Positions 28,014-41,778 of a stretch of DNA of 64,000 bases are shown piece by piece. Both the position numbers and the translations under genes were made by a program. Source of the stretch: Pecten maximus (Eukaryota); the NCBI RefSeq assembly GCF_902652985.1, contig NC_047016.1:26536001-26600000 (forward strand), read 5' to 3'. Position 1 is the first letter of the stretch; each line of letters starts with the position of its first letter. A model generated the notes under the pieces. That model was given only the letters and a program-made list of their open reading frames with translations, was not told where the DNA came from and ran no database searches.

Positions 28014-31000
28014 GACATTAAATATGATCGATAAATAGGCAGCATTCGATAGGGTTAGTGAGATGTGGATACCGCTGATTTAATTCTAGATTGGACACTG
28101 CCATTTCAAGCATTTCAGATTAGCACTGATTCATTACTTGATACCTAGTATGTGTTTAAACAACCGGTGCCAACTCTTGTTCAAATTCCTATCACACAGA
28201 AACATGTATTTTCGTTTAGAATTGAAACTGGCAAGAACATGGTGCATTTATATGACAACGTTGCAATATTTATTTAGAAAATATAATATAATATTATGGT
28301 TCATGGTCAAGTGACGTTTATATCAGATATATCGACTTACATAGAAAGATTGGTTTCAGAGGATAAATATCTGAGTTTTATTGTTTTGCATCCTGTATTG
28401 TGAATTGTCGTCCGTATAGATGGAGGACGTTAGTGTGTTGACACCTAATGGTGTGAGGTCTGTGTATCACTGTTAGGTCTGTAGTGATGTTATAGGAAGT
28501 AGACGGTCGGTAAATTCGTGTGGTATTGTTTGACAAAAAGATGTGAACGGCAAATTAAAAATAAAAATCGATTAAATACCTATAAAGTATAAGGTATTTG
28601 CTGAGTTCGTGGGAATAAATATACAATTACGCCATATTTAATTAAAGAGGTACATGTGGGGCAAAATAAAAGGTGTGATCGGCAAAAACAAGGATAAAAC
28701 AATTGATTTAACACCTATAAGATTCAAGATATTAAAAATATTGACAATTTCGTTATATCTACTTACAGAGGTTAAGCCTATGACATGTATAGTATTTTTC
28801 AACTCTCTTCTGTCATGCTTATGGTTAAACCAATGTACTGGGTTTTGAAATACAATAAACTATATCGAGAGTGAATAGGTAAGGTTAACCCCCTTTTAAC
28901 ACTAACCATCCTCCATTACATCGAACTTCCTAACTACTCCAATATATATTGTAGGCGATGTATTCCGCTTGTTGTCACGTGTGGTACTGAATGCCGTCTT
29001 ATCGTGTTACACCTCAGCTCATATTTTCATGCAAAACATAACGTTTTTTTTTAAATGCATCTGCTTATCAAGATTTATTTGAGATTATCTTAATTACCAA
29101 CACTTGGTTTCCGTAGTAGACTTTGAAGTGTCTAGCTATAGAAATGGGCGTCGTATTAGTAGCACCAAATTAGGACATACTGTATATGGATAGTCTCCAA
29201 CGTAAACATACAAATCAAAAGAGTTCAAATAGACTATTTTCAAATGACAAGACAATATGATTTGAATACTGATGTGAACTAGTACAATATTTTATATTGT
29301 TTCCCAGTAAAATACAAATTATAAAGCAGCGTATTTCAAAAAAAAGTACGCCAATTGGATTACCTCAGGCATGTTATGCTTTTGTTTCTGTTCTCTTCGT
29401 CTGCAGGTTGCAAAAAGTCAACATTATTTCGCAAGATATACGAAATAAATAATACTAATATAAATAAGCCTCATATCTTTTGATTATTAAAACTATAAAT
29501 AAAATTGAGCTTTATAATTTTGGTCGCAATTATGTCCGATAGGTTTCAAACTAGGGGGAGATAACCTTCTATTAAAGTTAGCTTGGCAATTATGTACACA
29601 AAAGTAGGGAATGGTGGCCAGTCTTATACTAATATGTTGTTTCCAATGGAATACGTCCACATTAAATATCTCTATATATCAACATTGCGTCAATTAGAAT
29701 CAATATTGAATCAATATTACTTGAGTATCTATTGTGACCGGAGAGGGCATTAGTTCCATACACCAATCATTAAAAAAAATCAACATTGCCCTAATGTTGA
29801 CCATTATAATATGTTATGCGTCAACAGTAAACCTCTACTTGACAAAGCCATAATTAACCTATTAAGGATATAGGTAAATTGTAAGTACTCCAGAACCTAA
29901 CACGTCATCACCTGTCCTCTAGATTAATTTACATATCTACCAATACATTGTATTAACAAAAGTATCCATACTGTCGTCATAATTCATTGTTTGTTGTACA
30001 TGTATTTACATATTGTATACTCTGTGGATATCACAATTAAAATCAAAACGTTTCCTATCTGTATCCATTGTTATAGTGAAGTTTTGAAGGTATATTGTCC
30101 ATCGTTATGAATCAACATATTTTAATGTACGTTTATTCCTTACTAATGAATTATTTGGTTATTAATTCAATGTTTAATTAATGTTGTGTCTCGATATACA
30201 TAATGTATTATCCTTTTGGTGTGTGCATTTAAGACACTTGTAGACATCCCATCGCATTCATATTTTTGCACCAGGTTATAAATTATTATTGTCATATGCT
30301 ACAATGTATATGTATTATTACTGTCATCATGCCATGGTGTCAATTGTCATATTATTATCGGAAGACTTTATTTTCACATTTCATTGTTATGACCGGAATT
30401 GTAAACTTAAATCCAATTGTTAATTCAGACCTGAAATAAGTGTGGTACTTATAGTAGTCTCGTCCAACCCGGCTGGTACTGAAATCTCGGCATATGACAT
30501 TCGGCAACCATAAACAGTTATCAGCGTAGACGGAAATTCTCTCGTAGAAAACTGTGACTAAACTGAGACTTGGTCTTTTTATCTCATCTTCCACAACAAC
30601 TTGTTCACACCAGAATTCGGTGTTTTAAGTACTACAGTGCGAAGAAAAACATACGTTCACTAACTTAAACACTCTTATTTCCATACTGGTTTCATGTTTT
30701 CATCATTTCATCTTGTTATCATGTTTAATAGAAATAATTTCACATTTGAATATATTTGTGTTCCATATATACTTTATCGATTTTGATTTTTTTAAATCTA
30801 GATTCTTATTGTACTTTTGTGTATATTGTTTGTCTTCAAGTGTATCGCTGTAGCGTGTGTGGAATAAAACTATCTATAAATGATTAGTTATGTTTCTTAT
30901 TTTTTCAAGCCCTATACTTTTCAACTGAATATTTGAAATACTTGTCTTTAGGACCTTTCCCCTCTGTGTAATGGTTTGGAAAGTCGGTTTTGCAAAACGA

Positions 31001-32322
31001 AGCGATGTTATTATGACCTATCTTCTTTCTCAATAATGGAAAAAAAACACAGTTATTTTGGCCAGACATCGCATATCTCTTCTCAATGAATTTCTCTGAT
31101 TATAACACAATACAAAACGAATAGATATATGTACAATCAGCTATGTATCATTCTATTTTAATATACATACATGTAATCAAGATTATAGCGTTTCATAGTA
31201 AAATGCAGAAGTGAATACCACTGTTATAATGCCTCATATCTTAACAAAGAAACTGGAAAATCATAAATATAGTTTTACAGTTATTTCTACCATTTTTTTC
31301 TTTTGACATATTTAGTATCGGGAAACATTTTACGTGTTTAACTGTTCCTGTTGTTGGAAAACTCCATTTTGGTGGATTGTACAGTGTACACTGTGCAGGT
31401 ACTTACGAAATATAGTTACATAGGATGAATAGGGGTGGGTATACATTCATAGTATCCGTATTTATATTAGCAAACATGCACATTACTGTAGATTTTCCTG
31501 TATATATTACTCTTTGCTTCTTGTTCATCCGACTTCAGTTTCAACTTTTAAGGTTCCACTGTGGTCGTTTTCGTGTTTGCGGTTCAAACGGTTGTTGTTC
31601 GTTTATGAAATAAAGACGGACCTGGTGATTTTATATTGTTTTCAGACGAGCCTTGACAAAGACTTCTATGGCCTGTATTAACATTTGAAGGTCCGTCAAG
31701 ATATATGTTTGAAATATTACATTTAAAAAGTGACGAAACAGTTTGTCCGCATAAACGAACAGGCCCTAGCTATACAGTATAGCTGTCAACGTTTTTTCAT
31801 AATGCATCGAAATATATATGAGTGTACATGTATATAATATACGAGTTACCTCCCGTTAAACTAGGTTATTCAGTCCTGTCCAGCCATAACATGGCGTAAA
31901 GATTTGTGAGACATTGTAATATGGAGTGTATGCGATCATTAGATATCATTCGAAACAGTGACATATAAAATACAATCAGTTGCATACTTGCAGAACATTT
32001 TCTACTACGAATATCAGCATATCAAAAAAAAGCAAATACCTATACTCTACTGTTCAAGCTGTTACTGAAGGTTGGCGCGTTCATGTTTTCTCTGATAGAA
32101 AAAAATGCGACTTCTTGACATAATAAGATAGAATACATCGCTTAATATTACATTTTTACAATCATAAAATCACAGTACACGATTTACTACCTCCCCTTAT
32201 CCGGTGAATGATGTGCCGTTATCCGGACCAGTAGTTAGCATAACATCATTAGAACGTTTGGAATGGACACAGGTATTTGTCTACCAATCAAAACCTCTGA
32301 ATAACACAGAAAAGGCGAAAGC

Positions 32323-32459
32323 ATGGCGTCGGTTGGCTCTATGGAGGAGGCTGCGAGGAAGAGAAAGGAGAGACTTCGAGCTTTGAAAACAAAACAGAAC
32401 CAGTCTGTCGAGCCTGGCGAAAATGATATGGAAACAGATGTAATGGAGGCTTTGCCGAA
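32323..32459 (+). CDS. CCDC12: Coiled-coil domain-containing protein 12 (Cwf18 family splicing factor), exon 1
   Basis: Encodes MASVGSMEEAARKRKERLRALK, matching the Cwf18/CCDC12 N-terminus. AA|gtgaga phase-2 donor. Confidence 0.92.
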
Positions 32460-33189
32460 GTGAGAGTTAATCATATACACTTTGAATTATGACATGTCTG
32501 TAATGTTGAACTGAAACTGTTGACGTTTTTATTTCCAGTTTTGGTAGTTTTGGCGATCTATATAAACGCGCATTGAAGAAAATTACCACAGGCATTTGAA
32601 GTTCTGACTGTGAATTGAGATATAATACCATATAAAAATAAGGAACTTCAAACGCCTGTGAAATTATCTGAACTTTTGAAACATCAGTTCCTAGTAATTA
32701 AAAGCACTCCCAATTAAATACTATGTTAACAGTTATACATGTTTTGATACTTCAAGAGTCAAGAAATTGAATTCAAAGTTACATATTTCAAAACCGGACA
32801 ACATTAGTACTGCAGTGCTATTCTTGTGACAAACATAAGTGTAATTAGCATGATCACATGCACACAGTGCATGCATGAATTGTAACAAATTAATATATAT
32901 ATAGATCTATCACAGTTTAATAGTATTAACTAAGATAATAGTTTAATATTGTCTTAATAGTTTAATATTGTCTTATTAAATAATGGACTCTTGAAACTCT
33001 CACAAGCATCGCTAAAGAATAGATTATACTATTAAAGTGTAATGTATGATATATGCTAACATAGCACACTATACAAATTGACATAGTATACACTAATATA
33101 ATGTTTTTTAAGAGATTTTAAAACATTGCACTGTTATTTAATGAAGAAAGCTGGTGAAGGACTCCAAGGGGGGAACAATTTACACTGCA

Positions 33190-33850
33190 CTGTGAGTGCA
33201 GATGGCACATGAATAGACCTCAGTATCCAAGGTGTGGAGCAGTCTTCAAAATGGCTTGTAATTATCAGCTAATCATATACATGTAGCTGATTTGGTAAAC
33301 TGTTCCACATCTGATCATGAAAGGCCATAAACTGCAACGATCTCTTCCTGTAAGTGGAGATGTTCAACCTTGAAATCCTTACCAGATTATCCTGTCTAAG
33401 ATTATAAAAAAAAAATTTCCTCTCAATAAGACCTTGTAATATAGATGGTGACATACCATTTAAAATCTTAAAAAACCTATGAGACCATATATTTATTATG
33501 TGTCACATGTAAAAAATCATGTTTAAATCTTCTTGAAATATTAGTAACTGGGGAAACATAGTCATTTTCAATAAGCGAAGTCGGAGCATGCTCCTGTACT
33601 TTCTACATTTTCCTAGTGTTTGTAAGTGCACAACAGTGCCAGGCAAGCAGATAATAATTAGAATTTGATAATAATATATATAAAAGCCTTTGAAATTGTA
33701 ATTTTTCTTTTCTTGGTAAGATTATTCCCCAGTCTTTTTAAAACAGCAAGTTGTTTAGAAGCATTCCTACAAAGATGAGGGATATGTATATCAAACTTCA
33801 AAAGAAAACCAATATCAAGACCTAACAGTTTAACACTTAGTTGACTTAAG
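33190..33850 (-). mobile_element. Decayed CR1/L2-group LINE 3' fragment in CCDC12 intron 1
   Basis: Minus-strand relic motifs ASKQL.V, SN.NY..LAWH.C, K.QE.A, YNLR and WNSLP are typical of the C-terminal part of CR1-group ORF2. Stops and frameshifts present. Confidence 0.7.
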
Positions 33851-34613
33851 TTTTATATTTCATTAAAAGTTAAAGAAACACAGTTCACTCACCACACGCA
33901 TGCATCTCACACACAGGGGAGGCTGTTGACAGGACATAATGATGTAGAATAAACAATCCAAAGCCAAACCAAACCTGCTGCTTATAGCACTTCACTAAAT
34001 CCATGTTCTTAAAAAAGAATGTTTCTATGGCACAATGATGGTTGAGAATGTTTCAATGGCACAATGATGGTTGGCAGATACTCCCGATATATGGTCATAG
34101 GACAAATTGTCTATATTGCACTTATAAATATACATCAATAGATGCATTTGCACATACATATCTTACATGATTAAATTCAACACTGTACCATTGCGACAGG
34201 AAATTCAAATATTTAACACAAAGGAAGGCAACTTTGTGACTTGTGCCCAGAATGGGGTTCAAACTCACGATCTACAACATCTAATCACCCAGTTACTTAC
34301 TCAACTCACTTTATATAAAAAAAAGCTGCTTCAACTCAAAATAGTGCATTACACTATATTTTACATGCCACAATCATCGACCCATCATCTGCAGGGAATA
34401 CCTGAGGATCAATTTTGTTAATTTATTTAATATTTTAAATGGTTTAACGAGTAAAATTGAAGTCACGCAGAAGCTGTTAAAAGGGGCTAAATTGGTGAAC
34501 ATCATCGCCATAGAATCGATGCTTTATTTTTTCCCTTATTATACATATCTGTTCTGTTAGACTGTATATAAATATCATGTTTTATTTGTGCTTCTCTTGT
34601 TTTCACATTGCAG

Positions 34614-34690
34614 ACCTGTCTTCAGAAGCTACAAACCCCAGGATAACAGTTTAAAGGAACAGGCAATACCAGTAGCAAAGCCAGCAGATG
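34614..34690 (+). CDS. CCDC12: CCDC12 exon 2
   Basis: ttgcag| acceptor and G|gtatga donor. Encodes KPVFRSYKPQD (FRxYxP motif). Confidence 0.92.
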
Positions 34691-35091
34691 GTATGAAATG
34701 AAAAAAAAATAAAAATAACAAATAGGTGCACCCACCTTAACATTAACTCCCAAGGACAAAAATAAAATAAAAACAGAAAAGAAAAAAAAACAAATAATGA
34801 AAAGTGAAGAAGCAAAAAAAACATAATGTGATTTCTCTTTAATTATTAACTTAAAAATCATCAACTTAATGCACTTGAGAACCGTTTATGGAGTATTTAC
34901 ATTGTGCAATGTGCTTGCTACTTACATGGTTAACATTTCAAGAACAAATCTTTCATTGGATGATTGCTAGGTTGGCATCTAATAATGGAATCGCTAAAAT
35001 TTGTCATGGTGTCTAGTTTTGTACAGTTTTATTTACAGTTACAGGGAAAATTCAATCTCAATTACCTTACATTGTACATTTTTGTTTACAG

Positions 35092-35153
35092 TTACAGAGA
35101 AAATTCAATCTCAACTGGAGGCATCAATAACAAAGGAAGTTGTGGAAGAGGTG
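35092..35153 (+). CDS. CCDC12: CCDC12 exon 3
   Basis: tttacag| acceptor and GTG|gtaagt donor. Encodes VTEKIQSQLEASITKEVVEEV. Phases fit exons 2 and 4. Confidence 0.9.
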
Positions 35154-35400
35154 GTAAGTACATATATAGAACTGTAGGTAGTATTGGTTTAATAGGACTT
35201 ATAGGAACAATACAGGAAGTTAAGGGAGAGGTGGTAAGTACATATATAGAACTGTAGGTAGTATTGGTTTAATAGGACTTATAGGAACAATACAGGAAGT
35301 TGTGGGAGAGGTGGTAAGTACATATATACAACTGTAGGTAGTATTGGTTTAATAGGACTTATAGGAACAATACAGGAAGTTAAGGGAGAGGTGGTAAATA
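35134..35400 (+). repeat. 80-bp tandem repeat (~3.3 copies) containing the CCDC12 exon 3 donor site
   Basis: GTGGTAA recurs at 35151, 35231, 35311 and 35391. Confidence 0.95.
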
Positions 35401-35754
35401 TATCGGCAATTCCTTAAAGCACCATCATAACCATAGTCACTAATGACAGATTATTGTGTAAATGGTGATATTCCTTGTACTACTGTACAGGTACAGTTAT
35501 AATAAGTATTAATAGTTAACAACAACATGAAACATTGTATTTCATCCATTGTTTCAAAGACAAACATTTCACTAAATTGAACAATGATATTGTGTATTCT
35601 GCATTGTATCAAAATAAAAATATTGTTTTTCTTATTAATGTAAAAACTGGATGTTTTGGATTGTAACATGTTTCAGTGACTGATTCATAATATTTCCTGA
35701 AATTTTATGATTATAATACGTATATATATATTCTATTTTGTTATGTATTTATAG

Positions 35755-35866
35755 GATATAATGAATTTGGCGCCAAGGAAACCAGATTGGGATTTGAAGC
35801 GTGATGTAGCTAAGAAATTGGAAAAGTTGGAAAAGAGAACTCAGAGAGCTATAGCAGAACTTATAC
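35755..35866 (+). CDS. CCDC12: CCDC12 exon 4
   Basis: Encodes DIMNLAPRKPDWDLKRDVAKKLEKLEKRTQRAIAELI, the hallmark Cwf18 motif. ag|...|gtaagt junctions. Confidence 0.96.
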
Positions 35867-36489
35867 GTAAGTACAGAAATGCAATTGATACATTATGAAA
35901 ATGATTTTTTTTTCATAAGTACAAACAATCACGCATTTCATAGTGTGTTCAATCATTCATTATTATTTAAACTTATTGGTTATTTGATGTCAGAGTAAGA
36001 GACTGCTGAGCTTGTTCATGCTGAAAATGAAAGAGAAAAAAATGTTTAAAAACGTTTTGGTCAAAATCAGAGTTGACTGTTGTTTTTCTGTACATAAACT
36101 TATTCATTTCCAAAATTCTGGTAATTCAGTAAAATTCACAGAATCTATTTTCCCAACATCCTGACCAACTTCTAAATTTTAAACTTATAACATTTTTGTT
36201 AAATAGTTTGTAGGATTAAATATAAGTATGTGTACTTAATCACAACATACTTGAGCATTACCAATAAAGAGGTTTTGAATGGTTTAATTTAGTCTTCTTA
36301 TTTGAACTCTTAACACAGAGGCCCTATCAGGACAATTTTATGGGAATTATTTTTAGTTGAAGAAATATAAAGTAAGAGCTACTGTAGTAAGTACTACTTT
36401 AAAAAATTCAGCAGATACAAAATTAATTAGACAGAGAAAAAAACCAAACACACATTAAAATTTTTGCAAAAATGTTTTCTTTTCTTCAG

Positions 36490-36572
36490 GAGAGAGATTG
36501 AAATCCAGCAATGAAGATCTGGCCACTATGGTTAATGCAGCTATGACTCAGAATGTCCAGGACGATGATTGA
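36490..36572 (+). CDS. CCDC12: CCDC12 exon 5 (last coding exon)
   Basis: ttcttcag| acceptor. Encodes RERLKSSNEDLATMV...DDD then TGA. Total CDS is 471 nt (156 aa). Confidence 0.92.
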
Positions 36573-37114
36573 CCGAGTTATTAGTGGGATACAGCAGGAA
36601 GACATTCTATCCAAATGGAAAGGAGTAAAGGAGTCTGCAGTCCCAGGAGTAAATGATCCGAGAACCAAGGGACACAACTCATGTCATTTGTTACATGGCA
36701 GACACTGACAAATGTAATATCAGGGATACTAACTCACAACAGGAGAGAATGTAATCAATACCAGACATTTGTCTTGAATTATCAGTAAGGTGTGGACAAT
36801 TTCATTAACAAAATTATTAAACAACAATTGTCATCTGTAGCATATTTTCTGTCTTAAAAATGAGTTGTAAATTGTTCTTCATCTGTGGATTTAGACATTG
36901 TTGTGTTGATGATCTGACTTATATCTTAAAGTAAGGTGTGAATCAGACATACAATGACATCACTGTGTGTCAGTGTTAGGTTATACCATGAACTACCAGC
37001 ATTAAGACTCGCTGTTCATCAAATTTTGTTACTGAGTAACAATGAATCAATAAGACTTACAAAACTTAAAAAAAAACCCATACCCATGCTGAAGGCAGCA
37101 CAACAGAGGTAAAA

Positions 37115-37806
37115 TCACATGTCCACTGGTTCAGATGTCACTGGTTCACATGTATGCTGGTGCACCTATCATACTTGTTCAAGTGTCACTGGTTCACATG
37201 TCACTAGTTCACATGTCACTGGTTCATATATCACTGGTTCACATGTTCACTTGTTCACATGTCCTGGTTCTTATGACAATGGTTCACATGTCACTGGCTC
37301 ACATGTAACTGATTCATATGTCACTGGTTCACATGTTCACTTATTCACATGTCCTGGTTCTTATGACACTTGTTCACATGTCCTGGTTCTATGACACTGG
37401 TTCATATGTCACTGGTTCACATGTCACTGGCTCACATGTCACTTGTTCACATGTCACTAGCTCGCATGTCACTGGTTCACATGTCACTGGTTCACATGTT
37501 CACTTGTTCACATGTCCTGGTTCACATGTCTGTAGCTCACATGTCACTGGTTCATATGTCACTGGTTCATGATCACATGTCACTGGTTCATATGTCACTG
37601 GTTCACATGTCACTGGCTCACATGTCACTTGTTCACATGTCACTAGCTCGCATGTCACTGGTTCGCATGTCACTGGTTCACATGTTCACTTGTTCACATG
37701 TCCTGGCTCTTATGACAATGGTTCACATGTCTCTAGCTCACATGTCACTGGTTCATATGTCACTGGTTCATGATCACATGTCACTGGTTCATATGTCACT
37801 GGTTCA
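37115..37806. repeat. 15-bp minisatellite (CACATGTCACTGGTT)n, ~45 copies
   Basis: Period read directly. Lies downstream of the CCDC12 stop codon. Confidence 0.95.
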
Positions 37807-38259
37807 TACATTTTATATTGTTTAAATACATGTACTGTGTTATACTTTGCACATGTAATTGTTCTGTTATACAAGAATACTTACTTTGACTTTAAAAATT
37901 ATATGTACACTGTTTATTTTGGGATACATTTTGTACTTTTAAAATTTTTTAAAGTTCCACACATCATGATCTTTAGTGTTGATGTTATCTAACATAAAGG
38001 AATACAGGGAATTTGGATATGTGATTTCATTTACCATTTAATGTCAGGTTGTAATAAAGGTGATGATACAATGTGTGAGATAATGTATTATATATATAGG
38101 GTATGATTGCGTGTTATGATGTATTTGTATGTGAAAATGTAACATTTTATAAGAAGATATGAGAGACGAGTATATGTGATAGGTCTGTAATATAACGATG
38201 AATTGCAAACTTGTGAAAGTGAAAATTAGATTATGGAAGTTTGTGACAGAGTCATTATC

Positions 38260-38344
38260 TGATACCCACGGTTAATTACACTACACTACACTTTTCACCT
38301 GTGATAAGTGTAGCGTAGTGTAGTGTAATCAACTCTGGGCATCA
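38260..38344. repeat. ~85-bp imperfect palindrome between the CCDC12 and CRYL1 3' ends
   Basis: GATACCCACGGTTAATTACACTACACTAC pairs with GTAGTGTAGTGTAATCAACTCTGGGCATC. Confidence 0.85.
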
Positions 38345-39047
38345 AACAATGTGACAGTGTATAATTGTATAGTGTATAATTGACTTAATGTGACTTATCA
38401 GATGTTTGAATGGTACTCTCTGAAGATGAATGAAGAAACATTATTGTGAGATTGTAGGTACATGCTCTGTAAACAGCAATGTAAGGTATGATATCTTAAA
38501 AATGCACTGTATTGTATGTACTTGTAAGTGAGAACAAAACATAATAAATATTGCCATATCTTTTTATCTTGCTTGTTTCTCTCTCTAGAAGCAGGTACAT
38601 GTAGATAAGCACTTGATGTACATCTCTATATACTGAATACAACTTGTAGATCTTAGGGGCGTTCATGTTTTTTTAAATTTATTTTGGAGATGGAAGTTTT
38701 AATATTATCACAAAGAAATATTATTTAGTTTCAGTATTTTATGTTTTTTTTTTATTTTCAATGTGTTTGTTTCTGATTTTTTTTATGTTCAATTAGTTCT
38801 TTATTTAATATATCTTAGTTCATTGTCATATCCTCATGTACCCTTTTCCTTCTTATTCAACTACTCATGCTCTGCATTGATTCTATTCTACTTTTCCTTA
38901 AATTTCTTATTTCCGATTAAAAACTTTTAGTCTGATCAATTGCATTGAAAATGTACTGCATCGTCATGATGAAGCTTAGAATAAATCTGTATATTTTATT
39001 CAATATCAAATACAAAACATCCCACTTTTACTGTCAGTTCATCAATG

Positions 39048-39265
39048 TTAGAGACATGTCTTCGTTTTATTGATAAACTTGTCTAGTTCAGCAAGGCGCT
39101 TGTCCCTCCAGTCCCGTTTTTTCTGTATCTGATCCAGGGGGATCCGTTTTCCTATATCCTCCTCGATCGTGTCTAGAGGTGCCCCTTCTAGTTTTATTGG
39201 AGGGCCGAAATCCTGTTGGAGTTCATATAGGGTATCTCCATAGCGTTCGCAAAAGTCCTTCATTC
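39048..39265 (-). CDS. CRYL1: CRYL1-like exon 6 (last coding exon)
   Basis: Encodes GMKDFCERYG...WRDKRLAEL...TAA. AATAAA lies ~50 nt downstream (38995-39000). Total CDS is 960 nt (319 aa). Confidence 0.93.
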
Positions 39266-39779
39266 CTGTTTACAAAATGGAAAACAGGTAACATACATTA
39301 ACTTTCATAGAAACCTGATTATAGCATAAATTGTATACAGTCTTTTATGGATCTTAATAAATTTAATATGTAGGTATATGATATTACCATGTATTAACAA
39401 TAAAAGAAATATCCCTAGTAGACTAAACAAATGTTAGTAGTAATATTAACAGAACAAAAGTAATTTGTAAAAATCTATATTTATATGTAAATTATATTAA
39501 AAGCATCAAAGTATCAATATATATATATGATGTAGTCTGATTATAGAACTGGGGTATAGGCATGGTGTCTTATAGGACTCCAGGTAGACTCGGAGTCCAC
39601 TTGGAGTGCATTTCAAGTTTACCTGGAGTCCAAACGGAGTGCACTCCAAGTCTAAATGGAGTGCACTCGGAGTGCACTTGGGTGTAACCTTTAGTCTACA
39701 CTCAACTGTACATGAGAAGTTGGTCTCTGATATATATTATTGACCATGACTCAAAAGGTGAATGTACTCCATGTTTCAC

Positions 39780-41570
39780 TGTCATGGTAATAAAACACTT
39801 TTCTTCACACGTCTCTTGGTGAACATGCACTATTCTTCACGTGTCTCATAGTGAACGTATACTATACATCACATGTCCCATAGAGGTTAACGTACACAAT
39901 ACTTCATGTCTCATGATGAATGTACTCTCACTTCACATGTCTCGGTAAACTACGCTATCTTTCATGTCTCATGATGAATGTACTCTCACTTCACATGTTT
40001 CAGTGAACTACGCTATACTTCACAACTCATGATGAATGTACTCTCACTTCACATGTCTGGTGAACTACGCTATACTTCATGTCTCATGATGAATGTACAA
40101 CTCACTTCACATGTCTGCTGAACTACGCTATATTTCATGTCTCATGATGAATGTACAACTCACTTCACATGTCTCAGTGAACTACGCTATATTTCATGTC
40201 TCATGATGAATGTACAACTCACTTCACATGTCTCAGTGAACTACGCTATACTTCATGTCTCATGATGAATGTACTCTCACTTCACATGTCTCAGTGAACT
40301 ACGCTATACTTCATGTCTCATGATGCATGTACTCTCACTTCACATGTCTCAGTGAACTACGCTATACTTCATGTCTCATGATGAATGTACTCTCACTTCA
40401 CATGTCTCTGTGAACTACGCTATACTTCATGTCTCATGATGAATGTACTCTCACTTCACATGTCTCAGTGAACTACGCTATACTTCATGTCTCATGATGA
40501 ATGTACTCTCACTTCACATGTCTCAGTAAACTACGCTATATTTCATGTCTCATGGTGAATGTACTCTCACTTCACATGTCTCAGTAAACTACGCTATACT
40601 TCATGTCTCATGATGAATGTACTCTCACTTCACATGTCTCCGTGAACTACGCTATACTTCATGTCTCATGATGAATGTACTCTCACTTCACATGTCTGGT
40701 GAACTACGCTTTACTTCATGTCTCATGATGAATGTACTCTCACTTCACATGTCTCAGTGAACTACGCTATACTTCACAACTCATGATGAATGTACTCTCA
40801 CTTCACATGTCTCGGTAAACTACGCTATATTTCATGTCTCATGATGAATGTACTCTCACTTCACATGTCTCAGTGAACTACGCTATACTTCATGTCTCAT
40901 GATGAATGTACTCTCACTTCACATGTCTCTGAACTACGCTATACTTCATGTCTCATGATGAATGTACAACTCACTTCACATGTCTCCGTGAACTACGCTA
41001 TACTTCATGTCTCATGATGAATGTACAACTCACTTCACATTTCTCAGTGAACTACGCTATACTTCATGTCTTATGATGAATGTACTCTCACTTCACATGT
41101 CTCGGTAAACTACGCTATACATCATGTCTCATGATGAATGTACAACTCACTTCACATGTCTCAGTGAACTACGCTATACTTCATGTCTCATGATGAATGT
41201 ACTCTCACTTCACAAGTCTCATAGTAGACATACTCTATACGTGTCATGATTCCTAGTGAACCTACACTTTAAGTTAACGTATGTCATAGTGAACATATAC
41301 TTCTCTGTATCCCTCATGATGAACGTACACTATTCTTCACATGTCCCAAAGTGAACGTACATTATACATCACGTGTCTCATAATGAACGTTCAATATTCT
41401 ACACGTGTCTCATAGTGAACGTACACCATTCTTCACGTGTCTCATAGTGAACGTACACCATTCTTCACGTGTCTCATAGTGAACGTACACCATTCTTCAT
41501 GTGTCCCATAGTGAACGTACACCATTCTTCACGTGTCCCATAGTGAACGTTCTTAAAGCGTCTCATAAAT
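39780..41570. repeat. Satellite in the last CRYL1 intron: 58-bp dimeric core (~22 copies) flanked by 32-bp monomers
   Basis: Period is 58 at 40261/40319 and 32 at 41402/41434. Confidence 0.95.
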
Positions 41571-41672
41571 GGACGTACAATGTACACTATATATCATCTG
41601 ACTCATAGTGTTCTTCACGTACCTGGTGGTGAGCGTACACTTAACACCATGTATGTGCCTCTAGGTCCTTAC

Positions 41673-41778
41673 CGTTTGCGTTGAGATATGATGCCTCCAG
41701 AGCCCCAAGAAAGGCATATCTTCTCCCTAGTCCGTCTGGCATTAGTTTGTCGATATCCTCAGGAGTAACTATTCCGTC
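41673..41778 (-). CDS. CRYL1: CRYL1-like exon 5
   Basis: Encodes [35 protein letters not shown]. cag|...G|gtaagg junctions. Confidence 0.93.

Noticed and set aside
37119-37825. HVTGS / MSLVH repeat ORFs
   Set aside because: Translations of the 15-bp minisatellite, with frequent indels.
38415-38455. Hammerhead motif CTGAAGA...GAAAC
   Set aside because: Stem II cannot pair and there is no valid cleavage triplet or stem I.
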